Shown here: positions 16,207 through 26,985 of the stretch, one piece after another
Layout of the letters: each line of letters begins with the position of its first letter
How positions within the stretch are numbered: position 1 is the first letter of the stretch
NCBI GenBank assembly: GCA_964414495.1
Contig: CAYPWQ010000001.1
Span: forward strand, 1-33,539
DNA length: 33,539 nucleotides
Direction of reading: 5' to 3'
Source: an uncultured Oscillospiraceae bacterium
GTDB lineage: Bacteria > Bacillota > Clostridia > Oscillospirales > Oscillospiraceae
Position numbers and translations under genes: made by a program
Notes under the pieces: model-generated
Seen by the model: only the letters and a program-made list of their open reading frames with translations
The model's database searches: none
What the model was told of the DNA's origin: nothing

Positions 16207-16240
16207 GAACGGGGCAGGGACTTGGGCCCCTGCCCCGTTC
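16207..16240 (+). promoter_or_regulatory. Intra-operon stem-loop after the SBP gene
   Basis: GAACGGGGCAGGG (16207-16219) pairs perfectly with CCCTGCCCCGTTC (16228-16240), a 13-bp stem. The tail TGCCATTGATAGGATATTGA is only moderately T-rich. Confidence 0.62.
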
Positions 16241-16261
16241 TGCCATTGATAGGATATTGAT

Positions 16262-17248
<987 letters not shown>

Positions 17249-17253
17249 ACGAT

Positions 17254-18102
17254 ATGAAAATCAAGATCAAGAACAGGACTTTGCAGAAGGCCCTGCACAA
17301 CCGGTCCATCCTGATCGGCTCCATCATGGTGCTGATCGTGCTGTTCATCGCCGCGGCGGCACCTGTGCTGACGCCCTATGACATCGAGGCCATGGACATG
17401 ACCAACGCGCTGCAGGCTCCCTGTGCCGCGCATCCCTTCGGCACGGATCAGTACGGCCGCGATCTGATGACCCGCATTTTCTACGGCACCCGCATCTCCC
17501 TGCTGGTGGGCTTCACCTCGGTGCTGTTCTCCATGATCATCGGCGTGGTGCTGGGCCTGATCTCCGGCTTTTACGGCGGCTGGGTGGACGGCCTGATCGG
17601 CCGCATCATCGATGTGTTTCTGTCCTTCCCCGTCCTGCTGCTCTCCATCGCGCTGGTGGCGGTCATGGGCGGCGGCGGAACGGTCAGCGTGATCATTTCG
17701 CTCTGCCTCGTCTCGTGGACGCAGTATGCCCGTGTGGCGCGCTCCAGCGTGCTGGGCATCCGCGAGGAGGAGTATGTGCTGGCCGCCCGTACCATCGGTG
17801 CCAGCAATGGCCGCATCATCTTCAAGTACATCATGCCCAACGCCATGGCTCCCATCATCGTGGTGGCCACGCTGGGCATCGGCACCGCCATCGTGTCGGA
17901 GGCCACGCTGTCCTTCATGGGTCTCGGCGTGCAGCCCCCCACGCCCAGCTGGGGCTATGCGCTGTCCTTCGGCCTGCGCTATATGCGCACAGCGCCCCAT
18001 ATGGCCACCATCCCCGGCCTTGCCATCATGTTCACCGTGCTGGGCTTCAATCTGCTCGGCAACGGCATCCGCGACGTGTTCGATCCCCGCATGGTGACCT
18101 GA
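17254..18102 (+). CDS. ABC transporter permease (DppC type)
   Basis: [13 protein letters not shown] and [24 protein letters not shown] motifs. It starts 5 nt after the preceding stop. Confidence 0.92.
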   Translation: MKIKIKNRTLQKALHNRSILIGSIMVLIVLFIAAAAPVLTPYDIEAMDMTNALQAPCAAHPFGTDQYGRDLMTRIFYGTRISLLVGFTSVLFSMIIGVVLGLISGFYGGWVDGLIGRIIDVFLSFPVLLLSIALVAVMGGGGTVSVIISLCLVSWTQYARVARSSVLGIREEEYVLAARTIGASNGRIIFKYIMPNAMAPIIVVATLGIGTAIVSEATLSFMGLGVQPPTPSWGYALSFGLRYMRTAPHMATIPGLAIMFTVLGFNLLGNGIRDVFDPRMVT

Positions 18103-18165
18103 GTGCCGCCGCAGCGGGCAACAAAAGAGAAACGACAGAATCTGAACTGAAAAGGAGAGAGAACG

Positions 18166-19095
18166 ATGTCTACCAAGTATACGTATGAAGAACTGAAGGT
18201 CTGCTATATGGCCAACGGCTCCGAGCTGAGCCTGCCCATCCACAAGTTCGAGGGTGCCGGCAGCGACAAGGTGTTCGGTATCGGCTGCGCGATCCATGGC
18301 GACGAGATCATCGGCGTGGAGATCGGCCGCCGCGTGGTGGAGTTCCTGAAGACCCAGGAGGTCCACGGCACCATCAAGCTCTGCAGCTGCGCCTATCCCC
18401 TGTCCTTCGAGCAGGTGGACCGCAACAGCCCCATCGACGGGCTGAACCTGAACCGCGTGTTCCCCGGTAATCCCAACGGCTTTACCACCGAGCGCGTGGC
18501 CTATACCTATCTGGAAGAGTTTGTTGCCACGCTGGACGCTTATCTGGACGTGCATTCCGGCGGCCGTGAGCCCATCGTGGAGTATTGCTATATCCTCAAT
18601 GACGAGGCCATGTCCCGCGCCTTCGGTTCCAAGATCCTCTATCGCCCCACCACGGACTACGCCGGCAACGTGAACCTCTTTGCCAAGGAGCGCGGCGTCC
18701 GCAGCATGGTGGCGGAGATCGGCGGTCTGGTGGTCCGTGAGCGCGACGTGCAGCGCGGCGTGGAGGGCGTGCTGAACGTCCTGCGCCACGAGGGCATGAT
18801 CGACGGCGAGGTCACGCACCGCGACGATCAGATCGTCGTGGATCACATCGAGCATGTGAATCCCCATCACGGCGGCCTGATGGTGCCCGGTCTCAGCATC
18901 GACCAGCTGGGCGAGGTGGTGGAAGGCCATGTGACCCTGGCCAAGGTCTATAATCCCAAGACCCTGGAGCTGCTGGAGGAGATCAAGGCTCCCTTCGAGC
19001 ACAACCTGATGATCCTGCTGCGCCCCTCGGTGAACCGCGCCTTCCCCGGCGACTTCAGCTTCATGATCGCCGACGCCGACGCGGCGGAAAAGTAA
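18166..19095 (+). CDS. AstE/AspA-family (succinylglutamate desuccinylase/aspartoacylase, M14-like) zinc deacylase
   Basis: Metal and catalytic signature in family order: CAIHGDEIIG, DGLNLNRVFPG, LDVHSGG. AAGGAGAG SD. 309 aa. Confidence 0.78.
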   Translation: MSTKYTYEELKVCYMANGSELSLPIHKFEGAGSDKVFGIGCAIHGDEIIGVEIGRRVVEFLKTQEVHGTIKLCSCAYPLSFEQVDRNSPIDGLNLNRVFPGNPNGFTTERVAYTYLEEFVATLDAYLDVHSGGREPIVEYCYILNDEAMSRAFGSKILYRPTTDYAGNVNLFAKERGVRSMVAEIGGLVVRERDVQRGVEGVLNVLRHEGMIDGEVTHRDDQIVVDHIEHVNPHHGGLMVPGLSIDQLGEVVEGHVTLAKVYNPKTLELLEEIKAPFEHNLMILLRPSVNRAFPGDFSFMIADADAAEK

Positions 19096-19129
19096 GCGGC
19101 ACGGCGAGAGACGAGAAAGGAGCACGACC

Positions 19130-20326
19130 ATGATCCGATATGAGGAAAAGGATTTCCGCCTGGCAAAGGAATTCTGCGCCATCGTTCTGGGCACGGATCA
19201 GTACTACCGCAGCCTGCCCTCCGACACCGGCGACGAGGGCTCCTTCAGCAAGGAAGGCATGGTGCCGGTGAACTTCTGCGGCGTGGAGCCGAAGGAGATC
19301 CACAGCTGGGACGAGGCCATCGAGGGCCTGACCCGGGTGTATCAGGAATACGGCACCATCCAGGATCCCACCCGCCGCAACTATATGCTGCAGCAGGTGG
19401 GCGGCTTCCGCAAGATCTGCCTGTGGCTCTCCGGCGCGCCCGTCCAGTTCCGTGAGCTGGCGGCCGAGACCATGTTTGTGGACGAGAACCCCGTGGGTGC
19501 CGCACTCCTGCAGGAGAAGTACGATGCCATGGACGCCGCTCTCACCGAGGCAGGCTACAGCGGCACCATGGAGGAAAAGCTGGAGGCCTGGAAAAAGGCC
19601 CGTGCCGTTCCCGCGGACAAGCTGGAGCAGACGCTGAACGAGCTGATGGCCGAAGGCCGCCGCCGCTGCGTGGAAAAGGGCTTTGCCGATTCCGCCGGCC
19701 TGGATGTGAAGGTCTCCCTCTGCTATAACAAGCCCTACAACGGCTACTGCGATTACTTCACCCGCACGGTGGAGATCAGCGGTGAGACGGTCTATACCTA
19801 TGAGCAGCTCAAGCAGCTGGTCTGCCACGAGGCCTTCCCCGGCCATATGACCCACATGGCCATCCGGCAGCGCAGGGTGGAAGCCGGCGAGATCCCGGCG
19901 GACGCGGGCCTTGTCCTGACCAACACCGCCTCCAGCCCGGTATTTGAGGGCATCGGCGACAACGGCATGAGCTTCATCGGCTGGGACAACACCCTGGACG
20001 ACCGCATCTGCCGTCTGCTCAACGAGATCCAGTCCATGTGCAATATCAACGCCTCCCACATCATGTACTGCCAGCAGGGCGGCCGGGAAGCGGCGAAAGC
20101 CTATCTTGAGAAGTATTCCTTTGCCTCTCCCGCCCAGATCAAGTCCCGCCTGCGCTACTTTGGCTTCCCCTATCGCAAGGCATACATGTATGCCTACTGG
20201 AGAGGCTGGGACGCCGTGGCCGGCAAGTGGAACGCGCTGAAGGAGGACGAACGCGCCCCCTTCCTCGACTACCTTTATAATCATATGCACAGCGTGGATA
20301 CCGTGGCGCAGTTCGGGCAGAACTGA
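19130..20326 (+). CDS. Short DUF885-like putative metallohydrolase (function unknown)
   Basis: 398 aa. VCHEAFPGHMTHM resembles the HExxPGHH site of the DUF885 protein at 11894-13564, with a downstream FEGIGDNG in the position of its DGWAEY. AAGGAG SD. The family assignment is by motif only. Confidence 0.6.
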   Translation: MIRYEEKDFRLAKEFCAIVLGTDQYYRSLPSDTGDEGSFSKEGMVPVNFCGVEPKEIHSWDEAIEGLTRVYQEYGTIQDPTRRNYMLQQVGGFRKICLWLSGAPVQFRELAAETMFVDENPVGAALLQEKYDAMDAALTEAGYSGTMEEKLEAWKKARAVPADKLEQTLNELMAEGRRRCVEKGFADSAGLDVKVSLCYNKPYNGYCDYFTRTVEISGETVYTYEQLKQLVCHEAFPGHMTHMAIRQRRVEAGEIPADAGLVLTNTASSPVFEGIGDNGMSFIGWDNTLDDRICRLLNEIQSMCNINASHIMYCQQGGREAAKAYLEKYSFASPAQIKSRLRYFGFPYRKAYMYAYWRGWDAVAGKWNALKEDERAPFLDYLYNHMHSVDTVAQFGQN

Positions 20327-20361
20327 GCGCGGCGGCTGTACTCATCAGAAGGAGATTCGAA

Positions 20362-21666
20362 ATGGAATATCCCAAGTCCAAAGCGCTCTATGAGCGCGCA
20401 TCCCAGATCATGTCCGGCGGCCTGCATGCCAACGGCCGCAACCGCAAGCCCCATCCCATTTACATGTCCAAGGCGCAGGACGCCTGCGTCTATGATATCG
20501 ACGGCAACCGCTATGTGGACCTCATCATGGGCAACGGCACCATGATCCTCGGCCACAACAACCCCGAGTTCAACGAGCGCATGGCCGCCTATCAGGCCCA
20601 GAACGGCCATCTGGTCACGGGCTTTGACAGCCCCCTCAGCGTGGACGCCGCCGAGCACTTCCTGAAGCTCACCGGCAACGAGCGCGTCCGCTTTGCCAAC
20701 ACCGGCACCGAGGCCGTGACCCACATCATCCACATCGCCCGCTATGCCACCGGCCGCAACAAGATCGCGGTCATGGAGGGCGACTATCACGGCTGGTGTG
20801 ACAGCATTTATGTCAACTGCTTCGCGCCGCTGGACAAGGTGGGCGACCCCGAGCGCCCCAACTCCGTTCCCGGCGCAGGCGGTCTGGATCCCCAGGTGGT
20901 GGCGGACACGCTGGTGCTGCCCTTCAACAACATCGAGGCAACCGAGCGTCTGATCCGCGAGCATAAGGACGAGCTGGCCTGCATCATCCTCGAGCCCATC
21001 ATGATCGACATCGGCTTTGTGGAGGCAACGCCGGAGTACATCCGCTTCCTGCGCGCCATCTGCGACGAGCTGGGCATCGTGCTGGTCTTTGACGAGCTGC
21101 TGACCGGCTTCCGCATCGGTCTGGGCGGCTGCCAGGAGTATTATGGTGTCCGCGCTGACCTCTGCATGTACGGCAAGGCCTATGCCAACGGCTACATCAC
21201 CGCCGCCGTTTCCGGCAAGGCCAAGTACATGGATTACACCATCCCCGGCCACGGCGTGCAGTGGCTCGGCACCTTCAACGGCCATCAGGTCTCCATGGCG
21301 GCCATCGCGGCCACGCTGGACATGCTGGACAGCGGCGACGTGACCCGCTTCATCATGGGCCAGACTGCCAAGCTCAAGAGCGAGTTCAACGCCCTTGCCG
21401 CCAAGAAGGGCATCGCCGCCCACCTGCTGGGCATCGGCGGCCACTTCCAGGTCTATTTCACCGAGAAGGAGCCCACCAACTACCGCGAGGCGGCCGTCAC
21501 CGATCCCGTGCGCTACGGCAAGTACGTGCAGTATCTGCAGGAGCACGGCGTCTGGTGCTCTCAGACCCCGCTGTCCCATCATGTGCTGAGCTACAAGCAC
21601 AGCGACGACGTGCTGGATGAGATCCTGACGGCCATGGACGGTGCGCTGGATGCCGCCGTCCGCTGA
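20362..21666 (+). CDS. Class III PLP-dependent aminotransferase-fold enzyme, glutamate-1-semialdehyde aminomutase-like
   Basis: FANTGTEAV, FDELLTGFR and DLCMYGKAYANGY (PLP lysine) mirror the GSAM signatures NSGTEA, DEVMTGFR and GK. 434 aa. GAAGGAG SD. Confidence 0.86.
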   Translation: MEYPKSKALYERASQIMSGGLHANGRNRKPHPIYMSKAQDACVYDIDGNRYVDLIMGNGTMILGHNNPEFNERMAAYQAQNGHLVTGFDSPLSVDAAEHFLKLTGNERVRFANTGTEAVTHIIHIARYATGRNKIAVMEGDYHGWCDSIYVNCFAPLDKVGDPERPNSVPGAGGLDPQVVADTLVLPFNNIEATERLIREHKDELACIILEPIMIDIGFVEATPEYIRFLRAICDELGIVLVFDELLTGFRIGLGGCQEYYGVRADLCMYGKAYANGYITAAVSGKAKYMDYTIPGHGVQWLGTFNGHQVSMAAIAATLDMLDSGDVTRFIMGQTAKLKSEFNALAAKKGIAAHLLGIGGHFQVYFTEKEPTNYREAAVTDPVRYGKYVQYLQEHGVWCSQTPLSHHVLSYKHSDDVLDEILTAMDGALDAAVR

Positions 21667-21717
21667 GGCGAAGCTCCGCATCCCAAACTCTCATCGAAGG
21701 AAATCAGGTGGTATTGC

Positions 21718-22758
21718 ATGGAATATTTGCTGAACGTAGAACACCTGACCACCGCGTTTCGGACTTATGACGGCGAAATGATCGCGGTCAACGACGTTTC
21801 GCTGCAGGTCAGGAAGGGCGAGATCCTGGGTCTTGTGGGCGAATCCGGCTGCGGCAAGAGCGTGACCTCCCTCTCCATCATGGGCCTTCTTCCCCGGAGG
21901 AATGCCCGGATCAAGGCCGGTCAGATCTGGTTTGAGGGCCGGGATCTGGCGCAGCTGAACCAGAAGGAGTATTCCCGTCTCCGCGGCGCCGATCTTGCCA
22001 TGATCTTTCAGGAGCCCATGACCTCCCTGAACCCGGTGTTTACCATTGAAAGTCAGCTGCGGGAAGTCATCCGCAATCACGACAAGTCTGTGAGCAAGGA
22101 GGAGTGCCGCCGGCGCATTCTGGAGATCCTGAACAAGGTCGGTATCCCCGGCGCGGAGAATGTGATGAAGCAGTATCCGCATCAGCTCTCCGGCGGTATG
22201 CGTCAGCGCGTCATGATCTCCATGGCGCTGGCCAACCACTCCAAGCTCCTCATTGCCGATGAGCCCACCACGGCGCTGGATGTGACCATCCAGGCCCAGA
22301 TCCTGAAGCTGCTGAAGAAGCTGGCCAAGGAGGAGGGCCTGACCATCATCCTCATCACCCATGACCTCAGCGTCGTGGCGGAGGTGTGCGACCGCGTGGC
22401 GGTCATGTACTGCGGCCGCTTTGTGGAAAAAGCGCCGCGCAAGGAGTTCTTTGCCGCGCCGCAGCATCCCTATTCCCAGGGCCTGCTGCACTGCATCCCG
22501 GAGATCGGCATGGGCGATCAGATCCTGCCCCACATCCCCGGCAACGTGATGCATCCGGCGGACGATCACGGCGGCTGCGCCTTTGCGCCCCGCTGTGAGC
22601 ACGCCACAGAGCGCTGCTTTGCCCATTATGCGCCCATGTATCAGCTGGAGGACGAGCATGTGGCCCGCTGCTGGCTGTTTGAGGGGCATGACATCGCGCA
22701 GGAGGATCAGGCGGCATCCGCGGAGGAAGCGCCCGCAGAGGAGGTGAACGGCAAGTGA
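21718..22758 (+). CDS. ABC transporter ATP-binding protein (OppD/DppD type)
   Basis: [28 protein letters not shown], and an acidic C-terminal tail. Confidence 0.94.
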   Translation: MEYLLNVEHLTTAFRTYDGEMIAVNDVSLQVRKGEILGLVGESGCGKSVTSLSIMGLLPRRNARIKAGQIWFEGRDLAQLNQKEYSRLRGADLAMIFQEPMTSLNPVFTIESQLREVIRNHDKSVSKEECRRRILEILNKVGIPGAENVMKQYPHQLSGGMRQRVMISMALANHSKLLIADEPTTALDVTIQAQILKLLKKLAKEEGLTIILITHDLSVVAEVCDRVAVMYCGRFVEKAPRKEFFAAPQHPYSQGLLHCIPEIGMGDQILPHIPGNVMHPADDHGGCAFAPRCEHATERCFAHYAPMYQLEDEHVARCWLFEGHDIAQEDQAASAEEAPAEEVNGK

Positions 22759-23708
22759 ATCTGGTGGAGACCCGTGACCTGAAAATGCATTTCCCCATGC
22801 GGGGCAACAAGAATGTCACCATCAAGGCGGTGGACGGTGTCAGCCTGGACATCCCCAAGGGCAAGACCGTGGGTCTTGTGGGCGAATCCGGCTGCGGCAA
22901 GTCTACCACGGCCCGCACCATCATCAAGCTGTACCAGCCCACTTCCGGCACCATCCTGTTTGAAGGCGAGGATGTGACCCGCCTCCGGGGCGAGGCGCTG
23001 GCCGCCTATCGCCGGGACGTGCAGATGGTGTTTCAGGATCCCTATGCCTCGCTGAACCCCCGCATGACGGTGCAGGAGACCATCATGGATCCCATGCTGA
23101 TCCACGGCATCGGCACGGAGGCGGAGCGGAAGGCACGCGTGAGCGAGCTGCTGGAGCTGGTGGGTCTGGATCCCCGCTTTGCCAGACGCTATCCCCATGA
23201 GTTCTCCGGCGGCCAGCGGCAGCGCATCGGCATCGCAAGAGCGCTTGCCCTGCGGCCCAAGCTGCTGATCCTGGACGAGCCGGTGTCGGCACTGGATGTT
23301 TCCGTGCAGTCCCAGATTCTGAATCTGCTGAAGAGCCTGCAGAAGGAGCTGGATCTGACCTATCTCTTCATCTCCCACAACCTGAATGTGGTGGATTACA
23401 TGTGCGATCACATCGCCGTCATGTATCTTGGCCGCATCGTGGAGCAGGCAGACCGGGCAGAGCTGTTCTCCGCCCCCAGCCATCCCTACACCAAGGCGCT
23501 GCTGGCCGCCGTGCCCAGCATCGACGGCAGCCGTCTGGGCGATGAAAAGGACTTCCTGGGCGGTGACATCCCCTCCCCCGCCAATCCGCCCTCGGGCTGC
23601 ACTTTCCACACCCGCTGCCCCTATGCGACGGAGCAGTGCCGCTGCGAGGCACCGTCCGCCTGCGACCTCAGCGGGACGCACAAGGTCTATTGTCATCTGG
23701 TCAAATAA
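22755..23708 (+). CDS. ABC transporter ATP-binding protein (OppF/DppF type)
   Basis: [28 protein letters not shown]. 4-nt overlap with the preceding gene. Confidence 0.94.
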   Translation: MNLVETRDLKMHFPMRGNKNVTIKAVDGVSLDIPKGKTVGLVGESGCGKSTTARTIIKLYQPTSGTILFEGEDVTRLRGEALAAYRRDVQMVFQDPYASLNPRMTVQETIMDPMLIHGIGTEAERKARVSELLELVGLDPRFARRYPHEFSGGQRQRIGIARALALRPKLLILDEPVSALDVSVQSQILNLLKSLQKELDLTYLFISHNLNVVDYMCDHIAVMYLGRIVEQADRAELFSAPSHPYTKALLAAVPSIDGSRLGDEKDFLGGDIPSPANPPSGCTFHTRCPYATEQCRCEAPSACDLSGTHKVYCHLVK

Positions 23709-23774
23709 GACCGGCGTGATAAAGCTCACAAAAGAAACGTACAGCGGCGCGCCCGCCGCAAAGCAACAAAAGAA

Positions 23775-23807
23775 AAGCGCCCCGGCCCGGCCGGGGCGCT
23801 TATTTAC
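23775..23807 (+). terminator. Rho-independent terminator after the second transporter operon
   Basis: AAGCGCCCCGGC / GCCGGGGCGCTT stem (23775-23786 with 23790-23801). The tail ATTTAC is weak. Confidence 0.62.
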
Positions 23808-23822
23808 AGGAAGGAGCAACGC

Positions 23823-24431
23823 ATGGAGAACCGTCATCCCATGGCCACCATCCGCATGGCCGGCGGCGCGGAGATCGTGGTGGAGCTGTACCCGGAGGAA
23901 GCGCCCAACACGGTGAACAGCTTTATCTATCTGGCGCGGCAGGGCGTCTTTGACCACTATGCCATCCAGCGCGTGGTCCCCGGCTGGGTGCTGGATGTGA
24001 GCTACACGGCCTTCGGCCGGGACGAGTGCAAGTATCTGATCGCCAACGAGTCCCCCTCGCAGGGCTTTCCCAACCATCTGAAGGTGGAACCGGGCGTCAT
24101 CGCCATGGGCGGCTATGGGCCGGATGAGATCGCGGGAGGCGAATGGTACTTCCCCTATACCAGCGAGAATCTGGACGGACGCTATCCCGCCTTCGGCCGG
24201 GTGCTGCGGGGGTGGGAAGAGGTGGAGCGCATCGAAAAGGTGCCGCTGCGCCCCGTGCCCACCCGTCAGCAGCTGGAGATCAACGAGCCCATCACGCCGG
24301 AGATCATCGAATCCGTAACGGTGGAGACCTTCGGCGTCACCTATCCCGAGCCTGTGCGCTACACGGATCGGGAGCTCCCCTTCAACTGGTTCCTGGACAG
24401 CGAGGGGAAAAGCGGCGGCGAGTCCCGCTGA
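23823..24431 (+). CDS. Cyclophilin-type peptidyl-prolyl cis-trans isomerase
   Basis: IVVELYPEEAPNTVNSFIYLARQGVFD...AMGGYGPD...YPAFGRVLRGWEEVERIEK. AAGGAG lies 6 nt upstream of the ATG. Confidence 0.86.
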   Translation: MENRHPMATIRMAGGAEIVVELYPEEAPNTVNSFIYLARQGVFDHYAIQRVVPGWVLDVSYTAFGRDECKYLIANESPSQGFPNHLKVEPGVIAMGGYGPDEIAGGEWYFPYTSENLDGRYPAFGRVLRGWEEVERIEKVPLRPVPTRQQLEINEPITPEIIESVTVETFGVTYPEPVRYTDRELPFNWFLDSEGKSGGESR

Positions 24432-24472
24432 ACCGGCGGCCACACCGCCGGAACACCGCCGTGAAATAACAG

Positions 24473-24506
24473 AAGCCGTCCCGGCCCTGGCCGGGGCGGC
24501 TTTTTC
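24473..24506 (+). terminator. Rho-independent terminator after the cyclophilin gene
   Basis: AAGCCGTCCCGGC / GCCGGGGCGGCTT stem followed by TTTTTCT. Confidence 0.8.
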
Positions 24507-24658
24507 TGCCTTATCCGGCCGCCTTTCCGGACGGCGGGCGGGCCAAAACGGCGCATTTCGCGGCGGCGGAGCAGAAATCGGGGCGGAACGGGGGAAATTT
24601 TTGTGCGATATGTCACCGGAAAATTCGGCGGGACTTCTGTACGAAAGGGACGGTTTCG

Positions 24659-24667
24659 TGATATAAT
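24659..24667 (+). promoter_or_regulatory. Extended -10 element (TGaTATAAT) upstream of miaB
   Basis: TG at 24659-24660 and TATAAT at 24662-24667, 36 nt upstream of the miaB ATG. There is no good -35 hexamer. Confidence 0.45.
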
Positions 24668-24702
24668 ATTGTGTCAAAATATAATTTTTCCGGAGAGACA
24701 GT

Positions 24703-26124
24703 ATGGAACGCGAAAAAGTGTTGCTTTCGGCGGAGCAGATCGCCCGTCAGAAGGAGTTTTGTGAAAAGATCAGCCGCCTGCTGGAGACGCAGCCCGACCG
24801 TCTCGCGCTGGTGGAGACCTTCGGCTGCCAGCAGAACGTGGCGGACGGCGAGCGCATCCGCGGGATGCTGCGGGAAATGGGCTTCGGCTTTACCGATGAC
24901 GCTGCGGCGGCGGACATCATCGTCATCAACACCTGCGCCATCCGCGACCATGCGGAGCAGCGCATTTACGGGCTGCTGGGCAGTCTGACCCACACGAAGA
25001 AGGCAAAGCCCTCGCAGGTCATCTGCCTCTGCGGCTGTATGGCGCAGCAGCAGCGGGTGGCCGACCGGGTAAAAGGCAGCTACCGTCATGTGGATCTGGT
25101 GTTCGGCCCCCAGGCCATGTGGAAGTTCCCGGAGCTGCTGCACGCGGTCTATCAGCGGCAGCGCCGCGTCTTTTCCATCGAGGAGGAGCATGGCACCATT
25201 GCCGAAGGTCTGCCCATCGTCCGCGAGGGCGGCGTGAAGGCCTGGGTCAGCATCGTGTATGGCTGCAACAACTTCTGCAGCTACTGCATCGTCCCCTACG
25301 TCCGGGGCCGCGAGCGCAGCCGCGACGCAGCGGAGGTGCTGAAGGAGTGCCGCGAGCTCATCGCCGCGGGCTATAAGGAGATCACCCTTCTCGGCCAGAA
25401 CGTGAACTCCTATGGCAAGGATCTGCCCGAGCCCATGGACTTTGCGGATCTCCTTGCCGCCATCAACGAGATCCCCGGCGACTATCTCATCCGCTTCATG
25501 ACGAGCCATCCGAAGGATGCCTCTCACAAGCTGCTGGAGACCATGGCCCGCTGCGAGCATGTGGCAAAGCAGCTGCATCTTCCCGTGCAGTCCGGCAACG
25601 ACCGGGTGCTGGCGGCCATGAACCGCCGCTATACCCGGGCGCATTATCTGGAGCTGGTGCGCGACGCCCGGGCGCTCATGCCCGACATCGCCCTGACCAG
25701 CGATATCATCATCGGCTTCCCCGGCGAGACGGAGGCCGAGGCCATGGACACCGTCTCCCTGATCCGGGAGGTGGAATACGACGCGCTCTTCACCTTCATC
25801 TATTCGCCCCGCCCCGGCACCCCGGCGGCGAAGCTGCCTGACCCCTACACCCGGGCGGAAAAGCAGGTCTGGTTCGACCGTCTGCTGGAGGCGCAGAACG
25901 AGATCTCCGCGCGGAAGCACGCGGCCTTTGTGGGCGAAACGCTGACCGTCCTCGTGGACGGCACGGAGGAGGACGCGCGCTGGAACCTCTCCTCCCGCAC
26001 GGGGGGCGGCCGCCTGGTCCATCTGGCGGGGAACGAGGAGCTGATCGGACACTACTGCCGCGTGAGGATCACGGACAGCAACACCTGGGCCATGTTCGGC
26101 GAAGTGGAGGAGGTACTGGGATGA
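24703..26124 (+). CDS. miaB: tRNA-i6A37 methylthiotransferase
   Basis: N-terminal cluster region ETFGCQQN...NTCAIR...GCMAQ, radical-SAM CNNFCSYCIVP, and a C-terminal TRAM-like tail. Confidence 0.93.
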   Translation: MEREKVLLSAEQIARQKEFCEKISRLLETQPDRLALVETFGCQQNVADGERIRGMLREMGFGFTDDAAAADIIVINTCAIRDHAEQRIYGLLGSLTHTKKAKPSQVICLCGCMAQQQRVADRVKGSYRHVDLVFGPQAMWKFPELLHAVYQRQRRVFSIEEEHGTIAEGLPIVREGGVKAWVSIVYGCNNFCSYCIVPYVRGRERSRDAAEVLKECRELIAAGYKEITLLGQNVNSYGKDLPEPMDFADLLAAINEIPGDYLIRFMTSHPKDASHKLLETMARCEHVAKQLHLPVQSGNDRVLAAMNRRYTRAHYLELVRDARALMPDIALTSDIIIGFPGETEAEAMDTVSLIREVEYDALFTFIYSPRPGTPAAKLPDPYTRAEKQVWFDRLLEAQNEISARKHAAFVGETLTVLVDGTEEDARWNLSSRTGGGRLVHLAGNEELIGHYCRVRITDSNTWAMFGEVEEVLG

Positions 26125-26945
26125 AGATCGTTGTGCTGATGGAAAACCGCACCCAGCGGCCGGAGCTGCGCTGCGCACACGGCCTCTCGCTCTATATCGA
26201 AACGGCCACGAAAAAGCTGCTGCTGGACATGGGGCCGGACGCGGGCTTTGTGGAAAACGCGAAGACGCTGGGCGTGGATCTGGCGGCGGTGGACATGGCC
26301 TTCCTCTCCCACGGGCATGATGACCACGCGGGGGGGCTTGCCGCCTTCTGCGAGGTGAACGACCATGCGAAGATCTATATGGAAAAGGACGCTTTCGGCC
26401 AGTATTACGATGTGACCGGCGGTGAGCGGCTCTATGCCGGCGTGGATCCCGACTTTCTCCGCTACCGCGACCGCTTTGTCTTTACCAACGGCCGCACGCA
26501 GGTGACGCCGGAGATCACCCTGTTCAGCGATGTGCGGGGCGACCTCTATCACATCCCCATGAACGACGGCATGATGGAGCTGCGCCGGGGCGTTCTGGTG
26601 CAGGATGACTTCCGCCACGAGCAGAATCTCATCGTGGCCGAGGGGGAAAAGCGGGTGCTCTTCACCGGCTGCGCCCACCGGGGCATCGTGAACATCCTCC
26701 GCCGCGCGGAGGAGATCCTGGGCCGCTCTCCCGACGCGGTGGTGGGCGGCTTCCACCTCTATAATCCCATCACCGGCGAGCTGCCGGAGGAGCATATCGT
26801 GCAGGACATCGCCGGGGAGCTGAGCAGCAGGGGACTTCGCTGCTGCACCGGGCACTGCACCGGCATCGCAGGCCACCGGGCGCTGCATAACGCCATGGGC
26901 GAGCGCTGCGGCTATCTGTTCTGCGGCAAGACCGTGGAGATCTGA
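26121..26945 (+). CDS. MBL-fold metallo-hydrolase
   Basis: FLSHGHDDHAGGL (HxHxDH motif). ATGA overlap with the miaB stop. Confidence 0.85.
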   Translation: MKIVVLMENRTQRPELRCAHGLSLYIETATKKLLLDMGPDAGFVENAKTLGVDLAAVDMAFLSHGHDDHAGGLAAFCEVNDHAKIYMEKDAFGQYYDVTGGERLYAGVDPDFLRYRDRFVFTNGRTQVTPEITLFSDVRGDLYHIPMNDGMMELRRGVLVQDDFRHEQNLIVAEGEKRVLFTGCAHRGIVNILRRAEEILGRSPDAVVGGFHLYNPITGELPEEHIVQDIAGELSSRGLRCCTGHCTGIAGHRALHNAMGERCGYLFCGKTVEI

Positions 26946-26985
26946 AGATCGGTTTTTGAAAAGAAAGAGAAAGTGAGGCAGGGGC

